Positions 10,567 to 21,087 are shown, counted from the first letter of the stretch. The stretch is 64,000 nt of DNA from an uncultured Pseudomonadales bacterium (GCA_964618725.1 CAZUBK010000005.1:11569-75568), one strand, 5' to 3'. Notes: generated by a model from the letters alone, not told the origin. Made by a program: numbers and translations.

Positions 10567-11274
10567 ATGACAACCTCTGATTCCCTGGAAGAACTACTTC
10601 ACTATCATTTTCTCAACACCTCCCTTCTGGAGAAGGCGCTTACTCATCGTTCTTTTCTCAATGAATCGGAAGTCCTCGAAAGTAATGAGCGACTCGAATT
10701 TCTTGGCGATGCAGTTCTTGAACTAATCATCTCGCAGTATCTCTATGAAAACCGTCCCAAGGACCAGGAAGGCATCCTCACTGCCGCTCGCTCTGCCATA
10801 GTCAGAACCGAAACTCTCGCCCAAGTCGCCAGTACCCTCAGATTGGGCGAATTCCTCAAAATGAGTAAGGGTGAAGAAAAGACTGGTGGTCGCACCAATA
10901 TCTCACTCCTTGCCAATACTACTGAAAGCATTATTGGCGCCCTATATCTCGACGGCGGTATAAAAGTTGCACAAAACTTCATCGCCCAACATCTCCTCCC
11001 CCTAGCTCAATCAATTATTGAAGGCAATAATTTCAAGGATGCCAAAAGTCTCCTTCAAGAAAAAGTTCAAGAGTTAGGCTTTAGTAGCCCTATTTACAAA
11101 ACAATCTCCGAATCAGGTCCTGACCACAATAAGATCTTTAAAGTCGCCGTCTTCATCGAAAATCAGCAATTGTCGGAAGGTCTGGGAAGAAATAAACAAA
11201 CCGCTCAACAGGAAGCAGCCAAACTGGCCCTTTTAGTTTACACTCAAAAACTTGCAGTCAAAGCTAAAAATTGA
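10567..11274 (+). CDS. rnc: ribonuclease III
   Basis: The 235-aa ORF has the RNase III signature ERLEFLGDAVLEL and a C-terminal dsRBD. Confidence 0.9.
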   Translation: MTTSDSLEELLHYHFLNTSLLEKALTHRSFLNESEVLESNERLEFLGDAVLELIISQYLYENRPKDQEGILTAARSAIVRTETLAQVASTLRLGEFLKMSKGEEKTGGRTNISLLANTTESIIGALYLDGGIKVAQNFIAQHLLPLAQSIIEGNNFKDAKSLLQEKVQELGFSSPIYKTISESGPDHNKIFKVAVFIENQQLSEGLGRNKQTAQQEAAKLALLVYTQKLAVKAKN

Positions 11275-11309
11275 TAAAATAACTTTTACAGGACAATTAA
11301 CTCTCGAAT

Positions 11310-11543
11310 ATGCTAAAAATCAAACTTTCACGCACTGGTCGCAAACACCAAGCTCTCTTTAGAGTTGTCGTTTCTGAAGCGCGATCCAAGGCTGTTGGTA
11401 AAAACGTCGACACGTTAGGTTCCTATAATCCATCCGATCCTCAAAACCAATTATTAATTGACCACACGCGATACACCCAATGGTTAGAAAAAGGTGCGCA
11501 ACCGACTCAAACCATTAGGCAGCTAATCGCAAGAATTAAATGA
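11310..11543 (+). CDS. rpsP: 30S ribosomal protein S16
   Basis: The 77-aa ORF starts MLKIKLSRTGRKHQALFRVVV, a typical bS16 opening. Confidence 0.9.
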   Translation: MLKIKLSRTGRKHQALFRVVVSEARSKAVGKNVDTLGSYNPSDPQNQLLIDHTRYTQWLEKGAQPTQTIRQLIARIK

Positions 11544-11881
11544 AACAGCTACTTGAATACATCGTCCCCAATATCGTTAACCATCCAGGAGATGTAGAAA
11601 TCAATGAAACCCATGATGGTGACACAATCGTTCTAACCATCAAAGTCAATCCAGAAGACACAGGGCGCGTCATCGGCAAGGCCGGAAAAGTTATCAAGGC
11701 CATTCGCCAAATAGCGAGGATAATAGCCATTAAGCAAGGTGTTCGCGTCAATATCGACGTCCTAGATGGTCAAAGCAAAGGTCAAGCAGAGAATTTCTCT
11801 CAATCGGAAACAACTCCAACAGAAGAAGTTGAAGAAGTCTCAACCGAACCACAAACTATTGAGCCTGACGAAGAATCATAA
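11540..11881 (+). CDS. KH-domain RNA-binding protein (KhpA/YlqC-like)
   Basis: The 113-aa ORF has a GxxG KH motif (VIGKAGKVIKAIRQIA) and an acidic C-terminal tail. It follows rpsP as in many bacteria. Confidence 0.7.
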   Translation: MKQLLEYIVPNIVNHPGDVEINETHDGDTIVLTIKVNPEDTGRVIGKAGKVIKAIRQIARIIAIKQGVRVNIDVLDGQSKGQAENFSQSETTPTEEVEEVSTEPQTIEPDEES

Positions 11882-12643
11882 ACCGAATAAATTCTCTTTG
11901 CCTTTTGGCACTTCAATGATCGTTGGCACCTCAAATCGGGCATAAAGACCCAGTTCTTCTGCCAATGATAGGTGTGTACTAGTAAAAGGTCTTAGTATCT
12001 CAGCTTGATTGAATTCACGCTCGAAAGGGAGATAGTATGCCACCAGTTCTAAAGCTAATTCTGAGATTTGCCCTTCACTTCCTTCAATAGATTTGATTCC
12101 CAAGTTCTTTATTTGCTTAAGCGGTAAGGAGGTATCTACTAGCTGCAGAAAAGAAGTCACTAAAGTAGAACTCCCGGTCACCGATAACTCTATTTCAATT
12201 TCATTATTACTTTTTACTTGAGGCTCACTTACCTGAGTATAAATCTCCCCCGGCTTAAGACTGTAATCCGTCACCTCCACTCCAATGCTTTTTGCCAAAT
12301 TCACCAGACTAGACAAAACCAAACCTACATCCTTATCAGGTAGAATGACATCCTCTAAAACGTATTGGTATTTCTTTGCATTTTGTAATTGAAAAGTCTC
12401 CAATAACTCCACTTTCGCGGCCAAACCAAGCACTGTTTCTCGTTCTTTCTTCAGATTACTCCGCATCACCCCAAAGTCTTGCCAACTCGGCCGCAAAAAG
12501 ACAAAACCTGTCAAGCCAAGCAAAGTCACCTCAAGTACCAAAACAAATAACCACTTCACCAACCCAGGATCAGCACCGAAATCAACATCAACACCAAACA
12601 ACTTTATAGTAGTCTTCTTCGTCATTTTCTTATTTTTTTCCAT
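11876..12643 (-). CDS. type IV pilus assembly protein PilO-like
   Basis: The 255-aa ORF has a single N-terminal TM, then a coiled-coil and a periplasmic domain. It is positioned after pilM and pilN. Confidence 0.5.
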   Translation of the reverse strand: MEKNKKMTKKTTIKLFGVDVDFGADPGLVKWLFVLVLEVTLLGLTGFVFLRPSWQDFGVMRSNLKKERETVLGLAAKVELLETFQLQNAKKYQYVLEDVILPDKDVGLVLSSLVNLAKSIGVEVTDYSLKPGEIYTQVSEPQVKSNNEIEIELSVTGSSTLVTSFLQLVDTSLPLKQIKNLGIKSIEGSEGQISELALELVAYYLPFEREFNQAEILRPFTSTHLSLAEELGLYARFEVPTIIEVPKGKENLFGL

Positions 12644-13193
12644 CGCTTTGAGTCATCATTTGTAACTCGAGATCATATAGATACTGACCATCTAAGTCTC
12701 TTGATACAGACTTCAATATGACATCTCCAAATTTACTATCTCCCTGACCTATTCTTGAGAAACTTTCCACCGAATTAGTAAATGCATGTACATTTACCGC
12801 TCTTAACTGTAGTAACACTCCACTATCCAAAAACCGTAAATCAGAGACAAAACTATCTGTAGACAATCTAGAATATATCTCTTGCAACATTACTCTAAAG
12901 TCCTTTCTTTCTGCCATAATCTTATCACTCATTGAGATTATTACACCAAAGCGTCGATACAGACTCTCCGACTCTTTCAAACCTTCCAGTTGATCCATAA
13001 CCAGAAGTCTTCGCTGACTCCACACTTTGATTTGTTGATTAACAATAAAAAACCAACTGAAGAAACCTATGATAATCGTAATAAAAGCGACCAAAACAAT
13101 CTGAACAATTGATCTAACCAACATCACTCGCCGATTAACCAAGGCAGACTCAACTACTGAAACTGGTAACAGGTTAACTCTATTCAAAGCCAT
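12630..13193 (-). CDS. type IV pilus assembly protein PilN-like
   Basis: The 187-aa ORF starts with NLLP and has a TM segment, the PilN/fimbrial-assembly pattern. Its stop overlaps the pilM start. Confidence 0.55.
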   Translation of the reverse strand: MALNRVNLLPVSVVESALVNRRVMLVRSIVQIVLVAFITIIIGFFSWFFIVNQQIKVWSQRRLLVMDQLEGLKESESLYRRFGVIISMSDKIMAERKDFRVMLQEIYSRLSTDSFVSDLRFLDSGVLLQLRAVNVHAFTNSVESFSRIGQGDSKFGDVILKSVSRDLDGQYLYDLELQMMTQSDGKK

Positions 13194-13194
13194 T

Positions 13195-14193
13195 CTAAGA
13201 TCTCAAGGTCGCTCCCACCGCCGCCGTATATATCACCGAAACAGCCGGAGTTTCCTTAACTTTCAAATTCTTTAATGGATCACCCATAGATATCTCCATG
13301 CCTGTCTTTGTCGACAAGTACACCAACAGTCCCGGCAATAAAGCCCCACCTCCAGTCAAAACTATTCTTGTTAATCTCTCACCCTTGAACTGTTGTTGAT
13401 AGTAACTTTGAACTCTTCTAATTTCTCCTACTAATCCTTCCAATACCGGTGCCATCACCATAGGAAGCCTATTTTCCAATACTCCTGTCTTTACTCCATA
13501 GGTCCTCTTGTATTCTTCTGCTTGAGGAAGTGAAAGCTGTAATGACTGACTGATTGCTCGAGTTAGAGCTACACCTCCACTATTTAACTTAGAAACGAAC
13601 AAAAGCTTACCAGCCCGAGATACTCCTAGACTTATACTCGATGCTCCCAAAGCCGCCACCATCAAAGCACTCGACTCTTTATCAGAATAGACCGCCCGCA
13701 TACTCGCCAGTAACTCTGGTTCGATACTTACCGGCTCTAAATTGAGTGAAGTTAAGACATCTGTTAATCTCTGAATCATCATCTTACTTGCTGCAACCAA
13801 CAGGACACTCATTTTCTCCGTTCCGGTTTTTCTACTTGGTCGATCCAGAACTTCCCAAGACAACTCGACATCCTTTAGTGGCACTGGAACATATTGTTCT
13901 GCTTCCCACTTTAAGGCACTCGCTAACTCGGTATCAGACAAAACAGGTAAATTGATTACCGAACTATATACTACGCTGTCCGAGACTACCAATGCCACCT
14001 TCTTTCCTTCAAATACAACTTGACCCACCGCCTTTTTCAGTGCTTCAGCTAGTAAAGTCACCTCCCTATCCGCTTCTAAATTTAATTTTCCTAAAGGATT
14101 AACCACCATAGTGCTCGACTTGAGCACCCCACCCCCTTCCTTCACCAATTTGATCAAACTTGTTCCCAAATCAATTGCTTGTACGGCAGGCAT
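13195..14193 (-). CDS. pilM: type IV pilus assembly ATPase-like protein PilM
   Basis: The 332-aa ORF has an actin-like ATPase fold pattern (IDLGTSLIKLV..., SISLGVS). Confidence 0.7.
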   Translation of the reverse strand: MPAVQAIDLGTSLIKLVKEGGGVLKSSTMVVNPLGKLNLEADREVTLLAEALKKAVGQVVFEGKKVALVVSDSVVYSSVINLPVLSDTELASALKWEAEQYVPVPLKDVELSWEVLDRPSRKTGTEKMSVLLVAASKMMIQRLTDVLTSLNLEPVSIEPELLASMRAVYSDKESSALMVAALGASSISLGVSRAGKLLFVSKLNSGGVALTRAISQSLQLSLPQAEEYKRTYGVKTGVLENRLPMVMAPVLEGLVGEIRRVQSYYQQQFKGERLTRIVLTGGGALLPGLLVYLSTKTGMEISMGDPLKNLKVKETPAVSVIYTAAVGATLRS

Positions 14194-14224
14194 AAATCCA
14201 TCATAACATCTTGCCGCGATTCAG

Positions 14225-15019
14225 TTACTTGACCAATTCCCCTCCTGAATACAATGCCGCATCGAACACTAAAGGCAAAGTCGACTCAGTCCTAATCGCC
14301 TCAACCTTTCTTACTACACCCTGAGCGGTTTCTGCCTCAGAGACAATCCTTCTATATGGATTCACTCCAAAAGTCCTTCCCGCACTCGGCTTCACGGCTA
14401 TCCGTTGTTGGTTATACAGTACCCTGACTCGAACATAGTAATCTCTATTTGTAAGGCCAATCACCTCTCTCCCCATAAAAGTGAATCCTTGATACGTACC
14501 TGCATTTCTGGTTGATAAAGAAAAGCCATTTTCCGCTACCCTCGCATTGTCTGTGTCAAAGGCATAATGAATCGCTTCGTAGTTGCCATTGTCTATTTTC
14601 CTATACCTAATGACCTCAATCGCTCCTACCGGCAATTCCTTTTGATCATTTGCGTCTCCCCAATAGATTTCGATCTCTCCAGGTCTGGCCGTTGAGTCTA
14701 CTATGTTGACTTCCACTACTTCGCCAGGAACGATATCTTCTGCCGTCACAAATCCATTAATGCCTTCCGCCTGTGAACTTACTGTGTAGGTTGTCCCTTC
14801 CAAAGTCTGTACGCCTCCACCCGTCAAAGTCTTTAACTCTTCTTCAATTCCTGCCTCTGCCACCCTTAAAGCCTGTGACGATTCCTCATCAATATCGACC
14901 ACCCGAAGGTTTGTTATCACCCCCCCTACTGCCGATAGAACTACCGCCGAGACTACCGTCAAAATCAAGATCAGAAGTAAAGCTACTTGGCCAGAGCAAT
15001 GTCGTCTCATGCCTTTCAT
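14225..15019 (-). CDS. pilus-associated protein with N-terminal TM (PilX-like), function uncertain
   Basis: The 264-aa ORF has a hydrophobic N-terminus without a G-F-T-L-I-E prepilin motif. It lies between the pilMNO genes and the minor pilin operon. Confidence 0.3.
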   Translation of the reverse strand: MKGMRRHCSGQVALLLILILTVVSAVVLSAVGGVITNLRVVDIDEESSQALRVAEAGIEEELKTLTGGGVQTLEGTTYTVSSQAEGINGFVTAEDIVPGEVVEVNIVDSTARPGEIEIYWGDANDQKELPVGAIEVIRYRKIDNGNYEAIHYAFDTDNARVAENGFSLSTRNAGTYQGFTFMGREVIGLTNRDYYVRVRVLYNQQRIAVKPSAGRTFGVNPYRRIVSEAETAQGVVRKVEAIRTESTLPLVFDAALYSGGELVK

Positions 15020-15028
15020 TGTATATCA

Positions 15029-15526
15029 TCAATAATTTCGCAAACCAACTATACTAGTGTAACTTCGCTCAGTCGAGAGCTCCCCTCCACTCATGAACTC
15101 AGCCGTTAAATTAATGGTTATTTGGTCCGGCGCTCCTGCTTGCCTTGTGCAAATAAACTCCAGATCTAAGATGGAGATACTTGACGCACTTATCTCACTT
15201 CCATTGGAAGCAACCGCCCCCTCCGCCGTCAAACCAAAAAGTGTCGTCCCACCATCGAATCCTAATATCGACAAGGTCGCCCCAGTGGCAGGACACTCTC
15301 CTCCACCTACAGCAAGAACCGTTCTTGAATTTCGAATATGCCTCTCTAAAATGTTCATCACCAAGACAACATTTTGTTCCAATTCTTTATATGATTCCGT
15401 TTTGCTTGTTCCTCTAAGTGCCCGATAAAATAAACCCACTCCCGCCACACTCAATGTCCCCACTACAGCAACAACCACCATTAATTCAATCAGGGTAAAA
15501 CCTCCAGATCTTATTTTCATGCTCAT
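15029..15526 (-). CDS. prepilin-type N-terminal cleavage/methylation domain protein (minor pilin)
   Basis: The N-terminus is ...SGGFTLIELMVVVAVVG, a class III signal peptide. Its stop overlaps the next gene by 4 nt. Confidence 0.7.
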   Translation of the reverse strand: MSMKIRSGGFTLIELMVVVAVVGTLSVAGVGLFYRALRGTSKTESYKELEQNVVLVMNILERHIRNSRTVLAVGGGECPATGATLSILGFDGGTTLFGLTAEGAVASNGSEISASSISILDLEFICTRQAGAPDQITINLTAEFMSGGELSTERSYTSIVGLRNY

Positions 15527-15927
15527 CTTTTAGTTAATATTGTATTTTGCTCTACGGTGTAGGTAACATTGCCATCTATCCAGGTCACCACTACATCAAC
15601 TTTAATTACACCAGCCGCTCTCACTGTATATGTTGTCGTAATGGTAAATCCCGGAGGTGTTTCATCTGTCTTTCGCAACTCCCGCTCCCCCAAATTGAAA
15701 AACCCTTCAGGATCAACGTTTTTCTCTTGGCGCACCTCCTCCATTTCTTTATCCGCCAACAATCTCGCATAGCCTCTTTCCTGACTAACCCGGGCCGCCT
15801 TAAGACCAAAGGTTGCTCCAGCCACCACACCCACCAAAGCCACACTCAATATCCCAATCGCTATTATCACTTCAATAAGGGACTGGCCATGACTCTTCAT
15901 TTTATAACTAAGACTATTCATTAACAT
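15523..15927 (-). CDS. prepilin-type minor pilin (PilV-like)
   Basis: The N-terminus is ...HGQSLIEVIIAIGIL, a pilin-like signal. Confidence 0.6.
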   Translation of the reverse strand: MLMNSLSYKMKSHGQSLIEVIIAIGILSVALVGVVAGATFGLKAARVSQERGYARLLADKEMEEVRQEKNVDPEGFFNLGERELRKTDETPPGFTITTTYTVRAAGVIKVDVVVTWIDGNVTYTVEQNTILTKR

Positions 15928-16469
15928 GTTCCCTGTACTTCACAATCCGGAGGCGGAGTGGGAGTTCTACCTTGAGTTGGCGTCGGTGTAGGCAAAGCTA
16001 TCGAAACAGGACACTCTTCTGACGACTCAATCGGCTGACTAACTGAACCAGCTGACGTTATCGCAACTGAATATAGATACTTCCCCCCACATACTTCCAC
16101 AGTCAAAGGCGTCGCTCCACCCTCTAAGACACCGAAACTTACCTCAACTGGATCCACCACCTTTCCCTCTAACAGCACTTGTCGACCTACGGGAGAACCA
16201 CCACTACATATCGCCGTACTAGTGATAGTACTATCTCTTAAACTCACTTTGTATCCTTGCATCGGAAAGTTGCCACACTCCGCCGGCTTATCTCCCGCAA
16301 TCGCTCTCCTTTGGGCCAGCCGTAACTCGTCGACCACCTTTTTAGCCTCTCTCAAAGCCAATCTCTGTTCTCTGAAACCAGTAAATGCCACCAATCCACC
16401 CCCAGTCAGCAACGCTAAAATGGATACTACCAACATCAATTCTATCAACGTAAAGCCTTTGTACATCAT
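15921..16469 (-). CDS. prepilin-type minor pilin/pseudopilin
   Basis: The N-terminus is MMYKGFTLIELMLVVSIL. Confidence 0.7.
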   Translation of the reverse strand: MMYKGFTLIELMLVVSILALLTGGGLVAFTGFREQRLALREAKKVVDELRLAQRRAIAGDKPAECGNFPMQGYKVSLRDSTITSTAICSGGSPVGRQVLLEGKVVDPVEVSFGVLEGGATPLTVEVCGGKYLYSVAITSAGSVSQPIESSEECPVSIALPTPTPTQGRTPTPPPDCEVQGTC

Positions 16470-16933
16470 GGGCTAGTAAAACAACAAGGGTTAACCGTTC
16501 CAGTCGCACATTGGGTAACATCCTCCAAGTTCCCACACAAAACATATTGTGTGGCAGCTTGATAGGCATAGACATATCTATAAATAGCACTACCTCCTGC
16601 CGACTGTCCATCTTTAGGATCTTTCGGTAGGGGATTTAGATATGTATTAGTCCCACAAACCAAACCTGACGAAGGATTGCTAAAGTTTATGCTCAACGGG
16701 TAACTGCCTTCTTCGGACCGGCAAAGCTCAAGGGCCGCCCTAACTTGCTCAAGATCCGACAACCTTTTTGCGTCTCTCGATCTCTTGCTCACCGATTGAT
16801 ACGACACCACCGCAATCGTCGTCAAAATCGCGATAATCGTTACCACCACCAATATCTCAATAAAAGTAAAGCCTCGAGGCCTCTGGCCGAAGATCCTGAA
16901 GCGAAGTGAAGGATTAGTATTCGTTTTTTTCAC
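16466..16933 (-). CDS. prepilin-type pilin
   Basis: Motif RGFTFIEILVVVTIIAIL. The ORF-track start at 16981 would overlap the upstream pilin gene by 52 nt. A GTG whose last two bases overlap the upstream TGA stop (GTGA) gives a coupled start at 16933. Confidence 0.65.
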   Translation of the reverse strand: MKKTNTNPSLRFRIFGQRPRGFTFIEILVVVTIIAILTTIAVVSYQSVSKRSRDAKRLSDLEQVRAALELCRSEEGSYPLSINFSNPSSGLVCGTNTYLNPLPKDPKDGQSAGGSAIYRYVYAYQAATQYVLCGNLEDVTQCATGTVNPCCFTSP

Positions 16934-17391
16934 TGTTGATTCTGTACACAAAAGTAATCTCTGTTGCCACTCCCTGTCCAAGTACAGCTTGAGGCCGACC
17001 GACCATATCCGTTGCCGGTGTTTACTGCTTCAAGTTGAACACAAACACAAAAACTCGTCCCACTACTACTACAGAACGCCCCTGAACCACCACTTCTATT
17101 GTTCCCTGAAGAAACATATTGAAAACCAAATTTTGGGTCCACCGGAGCTCCACCAATTAGATAAGTCTCATAACCTGTGCAATACTGAGTCGTCGGATAT
17201 GTACTGTTAGTTGCTGCATAGAACTGCTCCAAGGCCTTGCTAATTGCCTGTAAGTCTCCTCTTCTTTTACTGTCTCTTCCTCTCGCCTGTGCCGAAGTAA
17301 ATGCCGTAGATGCGATCGCTACCAGTATACCAATTATTCCTATCACCACCAATAACTCCAATAAAGTAAAGGCGTTTTTTCTATTCTTCAT
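16930..17391 (-). CDS. prepilin-type pilin
   Basis: The N-terminus is MKNRKNAFTLLELLVVIGIIGIL. Confidence 0.75.
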   Translation of the reverse strand: MKNRKNAFTLLELLVVIGIIGILVAIASTAFTSAQARGRDSKRRGDLQAISKALEQFYAATNSTYPTTQYCTGYETYLIGGAPVDPKFGFQYVSSGNNRSGGSGAFCSSSGTSFCVCVQLEAVNTGNGYGRSASSCTWTGSGNRDYFCVQNQQ

Positions 17392-17417
17392 AAACTAATA
17401 CTACCAATTTCTACTCC

Positions 17418-17849
17418 TTACGGCGCATTCAGTGTGTAACTGTAACCAGTAGTACAAATATTGGTCGTATCTTTCTCAGGATCTTCTCCATTCTCCAGAC
17501 AAGTCACTAACGCGTACTCTAAAGTATCTGATACATTCCTTGTATATGAATAATCCGTCCAGGCACTGGGAGTCACCCTGTATGTAGGATCTGAAGGCAA
17601 CTCTTTAAGATAATTTCCAGTTATTAAATCTGTCTTCCAGGTTGCCGTTGCTGGATATGTTTGAGGTATGTGATCGTTTTTGTATACTTCCAACGTATTT
17701 TGAATCGTTTTCAAATCCGACTTTCTTTGTACATCGCGTGCACGCTCCCGCGCATCCTGAAAATTAACCGTTGCCAAAGCCGTCAGCACCCCAATGATTG
17801 CAATCACTATCATTAACTCAATCAAGGTAAAAGCATTAGGTTTTCTCAT
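17418..17849 (-). CDS. prepilin-type pilin
   Basis: The N-terminus is MRKPNAFTLIELMIVIAIIGVL. Confidence 0.75.
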   Translation of the reverse strand: MRKPNAFTLIELMIVIAIIGVLTALATVNFQDARERARDVQRKSDLKTIQNTLEVYKNDHIPQTYPATATWKTDLITGNYLKELPSDPTYRVTPSAWTDYSYTRNVSDTLEYALVTCLENGEDPEKDTTNICTTGYSYTLNAP

Positions 17850-17852
17850 CTG

Positions 17853-18395
17853 TTACGGACAATTACTATTATAGTCTAAAGCAGGGCTTAGGGTTACGTT
17901 GGCACTACTTACCCCATAGTTACACTCAGAACTGTCATCGGTACACAAAAGTCCATAGCCCTCTTGATTAGCTTGAGGATCCCTCTCATTTTCCAAACGA
18001 GTATAGATCTGATAACTCTTACCATCAGTACTCGCTGTATACATAAAAGACCGATCTGATACTGGGTCTTTGGGTAAGGCACTCATGTATATTCTGCTAC
18101 CAAAAGAAAACGGCTCACCCCATAGACAAACTGATCCACCACACCCGACTATCTCTCCTCCACACGAATCGGGATATCTACCCTTGTCTAACAAGTAAGA
18201 CTCAAGTGCTTTGGTTACCTGATTCAAACCTGCCTTTCTCTGTGTATCACGACCCTTCTTCAAACTGGCGATATAGTTAGTAAATCCAACTGTTGAAAGA
18301 ATTCCCATAATCGTTATTGCCAGCAACAACTCAATCATTGTAAATCCAAAGCAACAACGACGTCCTGAACATAGTGAAGGGTCTCTTCTCCCCAT
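17853..18395 (-). CDS. prepilin-type pilin with long leader
   Basis: Motif ...CCFGFTMIELLLAITIMGIL after a 17-aa leader. Confidence 0.65.
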   Translation of the reverse strand: MGRRDPSLCSGRRCCFGFTMIELLLAITIMGILSTVGFTNYIASLKKGRDTQRKAGLNQVTKALESYLLDKGRYPDSCGGEIVGCGGSVCLWGEPFSFGSRIYMSALPKDPVSDRSFMYTASTDGKSYQIYTRLENERDPQANQEGYGLLCTDDSSECNYGVSSANVTLSPALDYNSNCP

Positions 18396-18401
18396 ATAAG
18401 A

Positions 18402-19205
18402 TTAGAGTACCATATTCCAATACCAAGCCCACATTACTCCTCCCCATAAAAGCGATACCACTGTCCCCATCACCAGAAATGGACCAAACGGCACAACCTG
18501 ATTCATTTTTCTCTTCTTCATCATCAACATGCATACTCCCATCAAAGAACCCAAAACAAAAGCCAAGAAAACTGCCACAAGTAACCGCTGACCTCCCAAA
18601 AGCAACCCGAGCGCCGGAGCAAATTTAACATCCCCCAAACCAAATCCTCTCTTCTTAGTAATCAAATACAATCCCAGAAAAAATCCTGCCAACAGTCCTC
18701 CTGCAATCACCGAATTCACAAGATCCTCCGCTCGCATTTGATCCGTCCAGACTAGACCAAGTCTATAGACCAGTACCCAAATTAACAAACCAACCGATAG
18801 AAAATCAGGGATCACCATATACAACAGGTCAAATACCAGTATAGCTAAAAGCATCATTCCCACTAATAACCAAAAAATAGGTTGTATCCAGACAAAAGGC
18901 TCCTGTACCAGAAAGAAGAAGCCTCGTCCAACAAAAAACCACCAAACAAACAAAACACCGGTCATAAACTCAACCAAGGGATATTGCCAGGAAATCTTTT
19001 TCCTACAATGAGCACAACGACCCTTCAACAAGAAAAAAGAGAGTAGGGGAATGTTGTGTTTCCAGTCCACCTGTTTTTTACAGTTATCACAATAGGATCT
19101 ACCCCGAAAAGGAGAGTCACCATACATCGTCCTATAAACTACCACATTCAGAAAACTTCCGATCGATGCTCCCAACACGAACAAAAGTAGTATCAGCCAA
19201 AACAT
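18402..19205 (-). CDS. pilD: prepilin peptidase (A24 family)
   Basis: The 267-aa polytopic ORF has a zinc-binding CxxC...CxxC pair (CDNCKK...CAHCRK) and a conserved catalytic-region pattern. Confidence 0.85.
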   Translation of the reverse strand: MFWLILLLFVLGASIGSFLNVVVYRTMYGDSPFRGRSYCDNCKKQVDWKHNIPLLSFFLLKGRCAHCRKKISWQYPLVEFMTGVLFVWWFFVGRGFFFLVQEPFVWIQPIFWLLVGMMLLAILVFDLLYMVIPDFLSVGLLIWVLVYRLGLVWTDQMRAEDLVNSVIAGGLLAGFFLGLYLITKKRGFGLGDVKFAPALGLLLGGQRLLVAVFLAFVLGSLMGVCMLMMKKRKMNQVVPFGPFLVMGTVVSLLWGGVMWAWYWNMVL

Positions 19206-19283
19206 TGCCTAAATATATCACCTATACATGAAAAAAGGAGGTTTCCCTCCTTTTTTCTACTTTCAATTCTCTTCTCCCAACCT

Positions 19284-19835
19284 CTATTTAGCACACCAGA
19301 AACACGTTGTTCCAGTCGAAAGACCTGCTTTCAGCGTTGCAGTACAACTAGAGCTGTTGTCTGCGCCAACTTGAGTAAACTTGGTCGCCTCATCATTGAA
19401 CTGCGACTTACTCTCAGGACTAAAACATACTACCGCTGTCGAGGTACCAGCCGAGGATATATAGACTTTACCGGCTGCTGCAGTACCCAAACCCGATTCA
19501 AAGCCGGTTTTCAACTCACCATCGTTAACCAGCGCTGTGGTACAACCACTAGTGCCCATTGCTGTCACAGTCACACCAGCCGCCATTGCAGCAGCAGTTT
19601 GGGTACAACCCGAACCAGTGGTATTCCATGGCAAAGAACCATGAGAAGCATAGTAGCGAATAAGCGCGTTGTGGTACTCAATCGCCGCATTCTTAGTATT
19701 TGTATCCCGACCCTTTTTCAATTGCTCAAACGGATCCACCGCGGCTAGTAGTCCTGCCGCCAAAATTCCCAACACACCGATAACAATCAAAAGCTCTACT
19801 AGTGTAAAACCTTTAGATGAGGCAGAAGATTTCAT
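19284..19835 (-). CDS. type IV pilin (probable major pilin)
   Basis: The N-terminus is MKSSASSKGFTLVELLIVIGVLGILAAGLL. It has a Thr/Gly/Ala-rich globular domain and a C-terminal Cys pair (CFWC) that could form a disulfide. It is the first pilin after pilC. Confidence 0.75.
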   Translation of the reverse strand: MKSSASSKGFTLVELLIVIGVLGILAAGLLAAVDPFEQLKKGRDTNTKNAAIEYHNALIRYYASHGSLPWNTTGSGCTQTAAAMAAGVTVTAMGTSGCTTALVNDGELKTGFESGLGTAAAGKVYISSAGTSTAVVCFSPESKSQFNDEATKFTQVGADNSSSCTATLKAGLSTGTTCFWCAK

Positions 19836-19880
19836 GTTTTTAAAGAAAATTAATAATGATCTTTATCTCATTGTCACTGT

Positions 19881-21083
19881 CTAGAACTGACTTGTCAAGT
19901 TATATATCGGCATGATTACCGCCATAACCAGAAACCCTACTCCCACACCCATGACCACCATGATTAGTGGCTCTATCGCCGTGGTGAGAGTCTTTACTGC
20001 CACTTCGCTTTCCTGTTCAAAATAATCTGATAATTTGGCCAAGATTTCATCCACCTTGCCCGTTTGTTCACCCACCGCAATCATCTGAGGAATAATCGGC
20101 GGAAACAGCTCTACGCCCGCCAATATCACTCCAAGCGGCTGTCCTTTTTCCACCTTATCTGCCGCTTCCAAGATTCGCGCCTTGTAAATCCGACTTCCTA
20201 CTCCTTCTGCCACAATTCTAAGTGAGTTAAGAATTGATATTCCTGAACCAACCAATAATCCCAATGTTCGCGTAAATTCAGTCAGAACAACTTTTGTCTT
20301 TAACGGACCAATGACCGGCAACCTAAATAGCGTTTCTTCAATCACTACAGACCCAACCTCTGTTCTTGCCCACTTGCCAAAGAAATATCCGCCAACCCCA
20401 AGACTAAGCAACCCCAAGTACCAAAACTTAACCATAAAATCGCTCGTTCCAATCAACACCTTAGTCGGCCAAGGTAGCTCTGCTCCAAAGTCCTTATACA
20501 TCGCAGTCATCTTAGGTACCACAAAAATCATCATAACGACTGATACCAAAACCATACCCGTCAAGATAATTGCCGGATAAACCAACGCCCCTCTCGTCTT
20601 GTTCCTAAAATCCCGTTGTTTCTCCATTGTCGTCGCCAAACGCTTTAAAACGTCTTCAAGTACTCCCGCCGTTTCTCCCGCCTTAACCAAAGCAATGTAA
20701 ATATCTGGGAAAACGCCTTCCACCCCCCTTAAGGCTTCTGTCAAACTCACCCCCTCCTCAACTGCCGCCAAGATCTTCTCGACAATCCGACTCATTGCCG
20801 GCGGACTTTGAACTTTTAAAATCGATAGCGATTCTGTCAGCGGCAGCCCTGCCGCAATCATTGTTGCTAGTTGTCTCGTAAAATTCACCAGGTCATCTGT
20901 TTTTACTCTTTGAAATCTTAGCAGTAACGACTGTATCTCGGTCTCTTTCTCTTCATTTATATCTATGATCACCAAACGTCTATTTCTAAGTAATCTAATT
21001 GCCTGCTCCTTAGAAAAAGCCTCCACCTCACCAACCACCATTCTACTCTGTTCATCTTTTACCTTATAAGTAAACTTCTGCAT
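19881..21083 (-). CDS. pilC: type IV pilus inner-membrane platform protein PilC (GspF family)
   Basis: The 400-aa ORF has two T2SS-F repeats, each with TM helices. Confidence 0.85.
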   Translation of the reverse strand: MQKFTYKVKDEQSRMVVGEVEAFSKEQAIRLLRNRRLVIIDINEEKETEIQSLLLRFQRVKTDDLVNFTRQLATMIAAGLPLTESLSILKVQSPPAMSRIVEKILAAVEEGVSLTEALRGVEGVFPDIYIALVKAGETAGVLEDVLKRLATTMEKQRDFRNKTRGALVYPAIILTGMVLVSVVMMIFVVPKMTAMYKDFGAELPWPTKVLIGTSDFMVKFWYLGLLSLGVGGYFFGKWARTEVGSVVIEETLFRLPVIGPLKTKVVLTEFTRTLGLLVGSGISILNSLRIVAEGVGSRIYKARILEAADKVEKGQPLGVILAGVELFPPIIPQMIAVGEQTGKVDEILAKLSDYFEQESEVAVKTLTTAIEPLIMVVMGVGVGFLVMAVIMPIYNLTSQF

Positions 21084-21087
21084 ATTA